Shown here piece after piece: positions 23,145 through 34,569 of a DNA stretch of 64,000 nucleotides. Below the pieces are notes generated by a model. That model saw only the letters and a list, made by a program, of their open reading frames with translations. It ran no database searches and was not told the DNA's origin. The DNA comes from Mobula hypostoma (taxonomy: Eukaryota), in the NCBI RefSeq assembly GCF_963921235.1, contig NC_086118.1, positions 28,024,001 to 28,088,000 on the forward strand, written 5' to 3'. The position numbers and the translations under genes are program-made. The stretch's first letter is position 1, and each line of letters begins with the position of its first letter.

Positions 23145-26100
23145 CCACATGGAGCATAGAGACATAGAAAACTGCAGCACAGAAACAGGCCCTTCAGTCC
23201 ATCTAGTCCATGCTGAGCTATTAGTCTCCCTAGTCCCATTGACCTACAGTCCTCCATACGCCTTCCATCCACGTACTTATCCAAATTTATGTTAAATTGT
23301 GTAATCAACACCCCCCCCCCCATCCATCACTTGCACAGGCAGCTCACTCCACAATCTCACCACCCTCTGAGTGAAGCAGCTCCCTCTCATGTTCCCCTTA
23401 AACATTTCACCTTTCACCCTTAACCCATGTTCTTTAGTTCTCATCTCACCCCAACTTCAGTTGAAAAAGCCTGCTTGTATTTATCCTAGCTGTACACCTC
23501 ATAATTTTGTATACCTTTATCAAATCTCCTCTCAACCTTCTATGTTCTAAGGAATAAAATCCTAACCTAGTCAACCTTTCCATATAACTCAAGTCCTCAA
23601 GTCCTGGGAACATCTATGTAAATTTTCTCTGCACTCTTTCAGTCTTATTTACAGCTTTCCTTTGAGTATGTGACCAAATCTACACACAACACACCAAATT
23701 AAGGCCTCACCAACATCTTATACAATTTCAACATTACATCCCAACTCCTGCACTAATCCGTTGATTTATGAAGGGCAACGTGCCAAAATCTTTCTTTATG
23801 ACCCTATCAACCTTGGAAAAGGAATTCAAGGAATTAGGAATCTGTATTCCCAAATCTCACTGCTTTATTATACTCCTACCACTCACTGTATAAGACCTAC
23901 ACTGCTTGAACCTCCCAAAGTGCAACACCTCACACTTGTCTGCATTAAATTCCATCTGCCATTTTGCAACCCACTTTTCCAGCTGGTCCTTGGCCCGCTC
24001 CAAGCTTTGATAGTATTTGTCTCTCTCCACTACTGTCCTGGTCTGGTCCGTGAAGTCTGCATTCTGGTTCACGGTCTGGTCCGTGGATTCCGTACTCCAG
24101 TTATTCAAATTTTTTCCCTTGTTCCGTTGGGTGTCTTAATTAAGGCATCTGATTCTGGTTTTGGGGTGGCAACATAAATAGCTCTGGGGTCCAGTGATTC
24201 CTTGCAGGACTATCCCCATCAGAATCCACGCCTAGTAACCTCGGCAGTAACCTAGTCAGTAACCTCATCAAGTAACCTTGTCCGTGTTCCGTGTCCTTGT
24301 GTCGAAGAAGAGTCCCGGCTCTGTGTCCTGTGTCAAAGGAGGAGCCCCGGCTCAGAGTTCCATGTCCTGTGTCGAAGAAGAGTCCTAGCTCTGTGTCCTG
24401 TGTCAAAGGAGGAGCCCTGGATCAGTGTTCTGAGTCCTGTGTCTAAGTCAAGTCTGAGCCTAGTCCAAGTCAAGAGCCAAGTTCCAAGTCCAGTCCAAGC
24501 CAAGTCCCAGTTCTAGTCAAGAAGCCAAGTCTAGACCCAGTTACCGAGTCCCTGCCAAGACCCAAGTCCCGCGTCATGACCTGAGTTCCCTGTCAAGTTC
24601 AAGTCCCACATCCAAGTCCAGGTTTTCCGGTTTGTCGCTCTTTGTTTACTTTCGTGTTATCATTTCATCCTCACTCCTTGACTTCCGTAGCACTCTTAAT
24701 AAACATAGTCCAGTTCCTAGTACTTCAGTGTCTGTGTCTGCATTTGTGTCCGCTACCAACGTCCCCGTGTAACAACTACACCTGCAATTTTGGTGTTATC
24801 GTAAATTTTCTGATCCAATTTGCCACATTATCATTCAGTTCATTGATATAGGTGACAAACAACAATGGGCCTAGCACTAGTCCCAGTGGCAGTCCACTGG
24901 TCACAGGCCTCGAGTCAAAGAGGCAACCATCTATCACCACTCTCTGACTTCTCCTGCGAAGACAATGTCAAATCCAATTTACTACCTCATCTTGAATAGC
25001 AAGCAATTCAACCTTCTTGACCATCCTCCTATGTAGGACCTTGTCAAAGGCCTTGCTAAACTCCATGCAGCCAACATCCACTGCTTTACCTTCAACTTTC
25101 CCGGTAATTTCCTCAAAAAACTCTTTAAGCACGATTGGTTATACATGACCTGCCATGCACAAAGCCATGCTGGCTATCCCTAATCAGTCCCTGCCTATCC
25201 AAATACTTAAACATCTGATCCCTCAGAATACCTTCCAATAACTCCTACTACTGATGTCAGGCTTGCCAGTCTTTAGTTTCCTTTCTTATTCTTAGAATAC
25301 TTTCTTAAACAACAGAACAACATTAGCTATTATCCAATCCTCTGGCATCTCACCTGTGACTAAGGATGTTTTAAATGTCTCTGCTAGGGCCCTGAAATTT
25401 CTGCACTGGCCTCCCTTGTCAGGCCCTGGGGATTCATCCACCTTCTTTGCCTCATGCCACCTCCTCCTCTGTTACCTGTATAGCATGCATAGCCTTGCAG
25501 CTGCATTGATTAACATATATAGATCTCGTGTCCCTCTCCTGAATACAGTTGCAAAAACTCCATTTACAATCTCCCTCATCCCTTTCAGCTCCATACATAG
25601 ATTGCCATTCTGATCTTCCAGAAGACCATTGTTGTTCCTTGCTGTCTTTTTGCTCTTAATATATCTATAGACACCCTCAGGATTGTCCTTCACCTTGTAT
25701 GCTAGAGCAATCTCATGTCCTTTTTAGCCCTCTGATTTCCTTCTTAGTGTTCTCTTGCATTTCCTATACTCCTCAAGTATCTCCCTTGTTCCTGCCTGCC
25801 TATGTCTGTTATGCATCTCCTTATTTTTCTTTACCAGGGCCTCAATATCTCAAGAAAATCAAGGTTTCCTAAAGCTGTTATCCTTGCCTTTTATTCTGAC
25901 AGGAACATACAATCTCTGTACTCTCAAATTTTCATTTTCTGAAGGCCACTCACTTACCAAGTACACTTTTGTCAGAAAACAACCTGCCCCTTTCCACACT
26001 TGCCAGATTCTTTCTGATATCATCAAAATTGGCCTTTCTCCAGTTTGGAATCTCAATCCAAGGAGCAGACCTATCCTTTTCCATAATTACCTTGAAACTG

Positions 26101-26330
26101 ATGTCATTGTGAACACTAGATACAACGTGTTTCCCTACACAAATTTCTGTCACCTGCACTGCTCACTCCCTAATAGGTGATCCAGTAACGCACTGTCTCT
26201 AGTTGGGACTTCGATGTATTGATTAAATATGTGGTAAGTTTAAATTACCTATTATCACACCCTTGTTTCTTGCAACTGTCTGCGACCTCTCTACAAATTT
26301 GTTCCTCTAAATCCCGCGGACTGTTGAGCG
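23145..26330 (-). mobile_element. CR1 LINE ORF2, decayed, interrupted by a solo LTR
   Basis: WRKANFDDIRKNL, KDNPEGVYRYIKSKK, DQLEKWVAKWQMEFNADKCEVLHFGR; CR1 3' tail (reverse complement of 'gaagggcctgtttctgtgctg') at ~23160-23200. Confidence 0.85.
24034..24774 (+). mobile_element. Solo LTR, 741 bp
   Basis: TGT…ACA ends; 5-bp TSD ACTAC at 24029-24033 and 24775-24779; TATA-like ATAAATA ~24174; AATAAA ~24698; internal tandem repeats at 24290-24620. Confidence 0.9.
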
Positions 26331-27490
26331 TTCTATAATAAAGTCCCATAAATGTGGTCATACCATCTGCCTGAGCAGTTCGTATGAAAGGAATACTGCG
26401 CTATTTCTGATATCAGAGACACATCCTTCTCGCGTTTAATTAGCGACATCAGGACCGCTGAGCTGCGCTGGTCCGCACTGTGTGAAGTAGATCGGGTAGC
26501 GGGGGTTACCCAACCCAATAAATGATTGCTGAGCCCTAATGCAATGTGATTAATAGGCTGCTGAGAACTTTGTGTTCGATTAGATTACTTCATATTTAAT
26601 AAGTTAGAAGTAGGTATGCTTCTTTGAAATGATTCCTCATTTAATACTGTTTCAGTAGTTTGGATTGTTCAAAACTTTTACTTTCAACAAGGCAGTTTAC
26701 CAAGTCTCTCAGCGACGGAACACAAATTGCGCCGAGAATGATTTGCTTTCCTTTGCAAGAAATTATAATTACAGTACAACCTGTTCCCGATTCTCTAGAG
26801 TGAAACAGAAACTACGGCGGCGCTAGTTTAGCGAGTGGTGTAGGAGAGTTAAAGTGTCCTCCCGTGCCCCGGTTTTAATGGGAACGTAAAGTCCCTTCAA
26901 CATCAGTCAGAATGGATATTGTCAACGAGCATTAACAGCGTTCAGGACTGCAGGACGACAGGACACACCATCTCCTTATTGACGGTTAGTGGTCATTTCT
27001 CTCTCGGCAACTCTTCGACAAAAATAAACTACTCGTTTCAGGCACAAGAAAGTGTTAACGCTGGGCGCTTAATCAACAAGCAAACTGCTGGAGGAACTTC
27101 GGTGGTCGGGTCGGAGGGGAAGGAATTGTCAACGTTTCGGCTCGAAACTAACTTGTTGGATTTGGGACAGGGTTCATAATAGACTTAAATGAAGCGCGTA
27201 GTAGCTACAACGCACTTAATGGCGCTTGGTGCGTTCTCCGAACATAGCCCCGACGTCAGCTTTTAGGGTCACCTCTCCAGATGACCCAGCGCTCAGCGAA
27301 ACGGACAGCGCAACAGAAGGGGGACCATTTGTTTCTACCCAGTGGAGCTTTTCTTTTCAGGCAAGATCCCGGCTGCTGTGTGTATTTTTAGTCCAGGTGT
27401 GTGGTTTAAAGATCACCCCGCTAATCTAACTTCACCAAATTGTTCGCCTGTGAGTAATAAGAGCGGCATAGGAGCTTCCAGGAGATACGT
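26290..27490. promoter_or_regulatory. CpG-rich promoter region of B7-like gene 1 (possibly bidirectional)
   Basis: CpG-rich by eye against a depleted background; ISRE GAAACAGAAACT at 26802-26813; TTGCAAGAA at 26753-26761. Confidence 0.6.
27361..27449 (+). other. Candidate 5' UTR exon of gene 1
   Basis: Acceptor gagcttttcttttcAG and donor CCT|GTGAGT. Confidence 0.35.
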
Positions 27491-27639
27491 GCTGACTAAC
27501 TAAACTGGGAATGGCAGGACAAGAGGAATGCGAGGTAGGAAACAATGGTAGAGTGGTATCCTCTTAGGGAGAACAAGAAGTTGAAAGAGAAACATTTTGT
27601 AAATCCAGGGAGATGGAAAGCCGTTGATGCTCAGAGGAA

Positions 27640-28320
27640 TCAGATTATCCACAAAGTACGTATATGTCACCATACAACCCTGAGAGCGTTTTGAGGGCAT
27701 ACACAATAACTCCATAATAGAATAATAACCATAATAGAATCAATGAAAGACTTATCAACTGAGCGTCAACTGGTGTGCAAAATACAACAAACTGTGCAAA
27801 TACAAAAATAAATTAATAATATAATATATAAATAAGCAATAAGTATCAAGAGCATGAGATGAAGAGTCCTTGAAAACGAGTCCATAGGTTGTGGGAACAT
27901 TTCAGTGATGGAGCAAGTGAAGTTGAGTTAAGATATCCTCTTTGGTTCAAGAGCTTTGATGTAACAATAACTGTTCCTGAACTTGCTGGTGTGAGACCTA
28001 AGGATCCTGTACCCTCTCTCCCGATGGCACCAGTGAGAAGGATGCATGACCTGGGTGGTAGTGATCCCTGATGATGGATACTACTTTCCTGCAACAATGC
28101 TCCACGAAGATGTGCTCAATGGTTGGGAGGGCTTTACCCATGATGTACTGGGGATTATCCATTACTTTTCGTAGGATTTTCCATTCGAAGGCATTGATGT
28201 TCTGTATAGGCTGTGCTGCAGCCTGTTCACATACTATTGACCACACGTCTATCAATGCTTGACCAAGTTTTAGGTGTCATGCTGAATCTTCACAAAACCC
28301 CTAAGGAAGTAGAGGCACAG
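27640..28320 (-). mobile_element. Rex1/Babar 3' fragment
   Basis: NAFEWKILRKVMDNPQYIMGKALPTIEHI…HPGHASFSLVPSG. Confidence 0.8.
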
Positions 28321-28339
28321 CTGTGGTTTCTTTGTAATT

Positions 28340-31300
28340 CAGGGGTTCATCCATCTCACTGCAATTACTAAGGGCCCTGAGGAAGTGCACTGGAATATTA
28401 TGTATAATTCTGGTCTCCCTACCCAAGATAGAGGAATTGGTACAAGGGTTAATATCTGGAGGTGGGTTTTGTTGGTGGTGGACTGATCAGTTTGAGGGTA
28501 CAGAAACAATATGGGTGATATCATAGAAAAGTATACTGTCGAATCCCTATGGAGTTTGACAAGGATGATAATTGCAGGATGAAGATTTCTCTGGATGGGA
28601 AACCAGGTGTCACTGCCCTTAGCATGAAGAGTCAATGGTTCAGGACCACTATGAATGTAAAAGTCTTCTCGCAAAGGGGAGAAAATCTTAGGAATTCTCT
28701 GTCCAAGAGGGACATACTGTAGAATCTTTGTTGCTGAGTATGTTCAATGCAGAAACTTATGTTTTTTTTTGGAATTAAGGAATATCAAGGGATATTTAAG
28801 GTTTAGTGCAGGAAAGTGGTACTAAAGTAAATGATCAGCCACAATCTGGTGGGATGGTCGATCATGCAAGCGGGGTCAAATGGCCTGTTCCTCATATTTC
28901 CCATGCTCTTATATTGGTCTTAGAAAGTACTATGTGAAGCTCAGTGTCTTATCTTCCTTCACTGAACATTTAAAATCTGCTCATTAATATTCAGCATTGG
29001 ATGAAATTATGATTTATTAGTAAAGGGAGTGCCCGTTCAAATAATTTCCTCATGACAGACTGCAATCAATTTGGATCTCCAATGAAGGCCAGCATTGTTT
29101 CTCTTGGGTGATTTGAGAGCAAATGGTGTGATAGCATCACTCAACTTAGAACCAACCACTCTGGTACTTGGGTCAGGAAATTCATTAATAAAAACAAGCA
29201 TGCTCTAGGTATTGTGCTATCAATTTTCTATTCATGGCACTTTTTTTTATTGCAGGGCTATTGAGAATCCTTCTACTCACTTTACCCTTCTCACTCCCTG
29301 TCTCTAGAACTGCACTTACTCCTTCAGATCTTTTACATAGTTCTAGATGTTGTATTCTATGCTTCTTGGTTGAAACATTACTTAACTCCATTCACTCACT
29401 TTGGTCTCATTACTCTTCATACTCTTGTCTGAAAAAAAAATCTATTAATGTCAATTTTGAAATCACCATCTGAACTAACTTCAGAAATTCTCTGGATAGA
29501 GAATTTTACATTATCTCCAAGCTTGAATGAGAGATGCTTTCTGGCCCATGTTTTGCTTTTAAGTTCATGTTTCAAATATTCCCACCAAATAAATTCATTT
29601 CAGGCTATGCTGTCAATGGCTTTCCTCATTTAGAATACTTTTATTAAATCTCCACTTAATTTTCAATAATCAGAGGAATTTTAATAAGGTGATACAGACT
29701 GGCATCACATGTTATTTAGCCACTTACCCCACCACCCCACCACCCCACCTTCAAAGGCAATATTTGCTAACTAAATTGTGGCACTCTGCAATGATTTGTT
29801 TGTTCTGACCACAAGTTTGTATAACTGTAAGGTAATTTCAGCCCTGTTGACATGGAGTCATGGAGACATGAAACTTGCCTTTCAGCCAACATGTCAATTC
29901 TCATCTATTTATTGAACAAACCTTATTCCATTTGTCTGCATCATGACTGTATCCTTCTTTGCCTTGTCTGTTTAAATGTCTGCTAAGCATAGTAATTGTA
30001 TCTGATTGCACCATCTCCTCTGGCAACACATTCTAGAAATCAACCACTCTGTAAAAAAACTCACCCTTTAGATTCTTTTTTTTAAAAAAAGCTATTCTCC
30101 TGATCTTAATTCTATGCCATCATGCAAAAGAGATCTCATCCTTTAGCCTCTTTTCCTCTAGGGATAAAAGACCAACCTATAGAGTCTTACCCCAAACTAA
30201 AGTTCTCCAACCCAGTCAATATTTTGATAAATCTCTTTTGCACACTTCACAATGCAGTCACATCTTTCCTGCACTATGATGAAAAGAACTACACACAATA
30301 TTCCAAGTGTGGCTTACACAGAGCATAGTCATAGTCATACTTTATTGATCCCGGGGGAAAACAGTGCAGCATGGGAGCAGGGCTTTCAGCCCATGATATC
30401 TGCTGAAGCTGAAATAAGTGAAACCTCTGAGCGTGTCTGTATATAACCCATATCTCTTTATTGCCCACATATCCATGTGTCTATCTAACGAACCCTTAAC
30501 ACCATTACCATTTCTGCTTTGGCTATGAACCCAGGCACCTCAGTCCAGGCACGTACCATAATCTTTGTTTAAAAAAATGCCTAGCACATCTCCTTTAAAC
30601 CTTCCCTTTCTCATATTAAATGCACTTTCTCCAGTACTTGACATTGCTACCGTGGGAAAAAAGAGAGTCTCTCTATGTCTATTATCTATCTCCTCTTGTA
30701 TCCCTAAGTCTCTGTTCACTCAGTGTCCTACAATTTACTGCATATATCCTATCAACATGTCACTTCCCAAAGTGTATCACCTTGCATTGTCTGGGATTAA
30801 GTTCCATTTTCCAATGCTCTGCCCCAGCATTCCATCTGAACTATATCTTTCTGTACGCTTAGGTAACCTCCTTGCTCTACACAACACTGCCATCTGCAAC
30901 CTTACAAACCATACCTCGTATGTTCACAAACAAGTCAGTGATTTATACTACAAGCAAAGTTTCCAATGATATCTTTATGGCCACAAATATCCAGTCAGAA
31001 AAATATACTCCCATCACTCCCCTCAGTGTTGTTTCATTTAGCCAGCTTTGGATCCAATTAGCCAGCTCGGCTTGAATTTCAAATAGCTTAACTTCTACAC
31101 CAGTTTACTTAAGCAGGATCTTGTCAAGTATCTAGCTAAGGTAGATACAGACATTATCTCTCACCCTACCTTCACTGATCTCCTTTGCTACCTCCTAAAA
31201 TCTCAATCAAATTACTAGGACAGTATTTACCCCCTCACAATGCTATAGTGATTATTTCTCACCAGTTCCTGCTTTTCCAACTGTACATAAATTCTGTGCC

Positions 31301-31760
31301 AGTATTTTCTCCAGTAATTTCCCTACCACAGGCTTGTAGCTATCTGATTTATCTCTGCACTTCTTAAACAAAGGAACAGTATCAGCTATACATAAATCTT
31401 CTGATTGATGGCGAACAGAGATGCAAAAATCTCCATCTGTGCCCCAGCAATCTTGTCCTTTATTTCTTAAAGCATTCTGAAATGGATCTCATATCGTCCT
31501 GGAGATTTATCCACCCTTACATGTTTCAAGGAATTCAACACCTCCACGTTTTTAACACCTATATGCTCCAAGCAACTCATCTCACCGCAAACTTGCTAGG
31601 CTCCACCTCCTTGTCCTTGGTGAACAAAGGTGATAAGTATTTATTTAGAATATTGCCCTCTTGGTTGCATGCATAAATTACCCTTTGGGCCCTAACTTGT
31701 TGCTTGTGACTTACAGAAGGACTTAAGATTCTGTTTAATCTTATTTGCTAAGAATATTTC
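28340..31760. mobile_element. Cluster of decayed CR1 fragments in gene 1 intron (28340-28920 +, ~29850-31760 -)
   Basis: CR1 RT-region motifs and 'gggtcaaatggcctgttcct' 3' tails. Confidence 0.55.
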
Positions 31761-32409
31761 ATAGCCTCATTTTTGTCCTCTTAATTTCTTTTTACATACT
31801 CTCATAAAACTTCTATATTCCTCAAATGTCCCTTTTGATTGTAGATGCCTATACCTGCCATATGCTTCTTCTTTTTTCTGATCAAACCTTGTATTCCACT
31901 ACTTTTCAGAAAAAAAAATCAGCATATCATCAGGTTTTAAATTATGACGTGGAGGCTTCTGCATTCAGACTCCAGGATTTTAGCCATGGTTGCTAGCTGC
32001 TTTTTTTTCACTACATCTCACTTCTGCCTGTAGTTCAGCAGCCATGAATGTTGCTGCTCAGGCTAAGATGGTGAAATTTGCAATTATATGTTCTCTATCC
32101 ACTTCCCCGCTGGAGATAAGCATTCTTCCCAAGCCACAAGGGAAACATCTTTTGGAGACACTTGCAGAAGGAAAGTCATGTAAAAGAGACACTGAGATTA
32201 TGTAGAGGAGTGGTGATTTTACTGTTAAATTATTGCACATGATCAATTTAATATATTTTTGAAATATGAAACTCTATTCACTTACATTTTCATGACTAAA
32301 GTACAAGTAATTTTCAGACAATGCTGACTTAATGATACAAAAGTGGAATGGGTTTTATAAGATTCCTGTGACTTTAGCTGTTTATCTGTATTATCTGCAG
32401 GTGAATCAA

Positions 32410-32479
32410 ATGACAGAAATGGGGTTATGCTTGAACTTTTTTTATTTGATCATGTACCTGAGCATGCACTATGCAGAAC
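32410..32479 (+). CDS. B7-like gene 1: signal-peptide exon
   Basis: Acceptor ttatctgcAG at 32400; MTEMGLCLNFFYLIMYLSMHYAE; phase-1 donor AAC|GTAAGT. Confidence 0.85.
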
Positions 32480-32569
32480 GTAAGTACTGAAATGTTTTTC
32501 AATAAATAGCTCATTCAACATTGATTGTTAAACTTGTTTCTGAAGTTATTGGAAATTAATGATTTCTAG

Positions 32570-32896
32570 CATTTGTGAAGCTGAATTGTGTGGAGTCAGT
32601 AACAGGAATATTTAACGAAGACACCGTACTACCATGCAGTATGGAAGGAGCAGGGATGAAAATACTAACTCTAACAAAACTAAATGAAGATGGATCGAAT
32701 GGTAAAATTGTCTTTAAGTCTAACTCAAGTGCAAGTGACAGTGGAGTTCAGGGTCGAATTAAATTACGTCATCAAGATCCACCGGATGTGTCTCTGATAA
32801 TCCAGAAAATACAAGCATCTGATAACGGAAAATATCAATACCTTGTGGAAACGGATCATGGATATGACTATAAAATCATCAATTTGATATTTAGAG
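32570..32896 (+). CDS. B7-like gene 1: IgV exon (atypical V-set)
   Basis: PFVKLNCVESVTGIFNEDTVLPCSMEGAG…RIKLRHQDPPDVSLIIQKIQASDNGKYQYLVETDHGYDYKIINLIFR; AG/GT phase 1-1; 327 nt; V-set E-F motif SLxI…DxGxY. Confidence 0.92.
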
Positions 32897-33899
32897 GTGG
32901 GTAATATAATACTTTCTCTGCTTTTAATTTTCTTTATGAATATTGGTTACGTCTAATTGGTAATAAATTGCAGTTAATACTGTATCTCTCAAAGTGCCTT
33001 GATTTGTGAGTTAGTTTGACATATGCAATATTGATAGTTATATTTGTACAGGGAAGAATGACTGAATTTATGTCATCGTTACAAGTCATATCACTGCACC
33101 AAATTGTTTTGAATTCTACCAACTTGAGTGAAGCTCTTTTCCATCAAACACTGAATAAATGTGCATGAATAAAATAAGTGATTTTTAGTTTGTGGATTAA
33201 ATACATAATTTACATTTGAGAATATGGAAGTTTCTAATGAAGCAAGACATCAGAGATTCGTAAATTGTAGACCATTGTGGGTGACAAGAAAAAATACTTG
33301 AGTGAATAGTATATAAAGTACATAGGCTTTCTGACATTTGAAGAAGGCAAGAGATAGTAATATATTCGATTAGTCATGATAGCAATAAAGGAGCAAGCTA
33401 CAACACTTGTAATTTCTGCCCTAGTGCATTAATAATCTCCTAAGGTTATTGGGACATAAAAAGAAGATTTAGTACCTTTAATGATGTATTTGTATACAGT
33501 ATCTGCAATTGGCAGTAATGCATACAAAATACATTTGGCAAGAAATCATTTTACTGGAAGTATGTACTTTAGATCTTTGGTTTTGAGGCTCTATTAGTTG
33601 AAGATCCGCATCTTTTTTTCCTGGATTTAGTTATAGATCTCTTGCACTAAGTAACGGAGAACTCCTACCTCATATCTCACTATGTTCCAGCTTTGATCTG
33701 GCTATGCCCTAATAGTTTGATTAGTCAAATAGTTTCAGATTTGAATTACGCAGTGAGTTATATGAATATAAGCTGTTCTATAAAGAAGACTGGGAAATGG
33801 CATTCATAATGTTAATATGGGTGTTAGTGCTAATTCTATTAGACATTGTGCATCCAATGCTATGGTCACATGGCTAAAGATGTAAAGCATGTCTTTCAG

Positions 33900-34151
33900 C
33901 TCCATATACTGGGCCACACATCAGCAAAAAAGAAGAAAATGGCAGAACGTTTCTTGTGTGCACAACAGTTGGATATCCACTGGCACAACTTTATTGGAAG
34001 ACTGACAAAGAAACCAACTTGAATTATAGTGTTGACATCACGCGACTGGGTGTACTGTACAACATCACCAGCTGCATTCCAGTAGTTTATGACTGGTGCT
34101 CTGTAAACTATATTTGTTCTGTTTGCATTGAAAATGGTTGCATATCTAAAG
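33900..34151 (+). CDS. B7-like gene 1: IgC exon (Cys-rich)
   Basis: APYTGPHISKKEENGRTFLVCTTVGYPLAQLYWKTD…NITSCIPVVYDWCSVNYICSVCIENGCISK; B7/BTN-type CxxxGYPxxxxxW; phase 1-1; donor AAG|GTAAGT. Confidence 0.9.
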
Positions 34152-34569
34152 GTAAGTTTGAATCTTATTTATCATTAAATGCAAGCACTGCAACTTCTGA
34201 GCCTTTATTGTGAATTGGCTGTTTATAAAATACAAGGCCTCCATGTATGCTGTAACAATTTCAATCAATGATTCAAGGAAAAGAAACACATGTACTTATT
34301 CACTACTGACACTTAATCAACATTGCGACTTGGAGTACAGTATGTGGCAGTTGTCTTGAGCAAAGCAGGCACATCTGCACGCCAATGTGATAATGATGAA
34401 GCAATGTGCTGAAGAGAGGAAATAGAAGACCCTAATGGCTGTGACTAGAGCTGTGTAGACAATGTGGATATCAGGACAAGATCTGAAGCTGGATAGAGGA
34501 AGAAAGTTGGGAAGTTTGCAGCTGCTTAATGGAACTTGATAATCAGTTTGAACTAAATACATGATCAAG

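Noticed and set aside
24290-24620. Repeat-spacer-like array suggesting CRISPR
   Set aside because: Irregular tandem repeats inside a TSD-bounded LTR in a vertebrate genome; no cas genes
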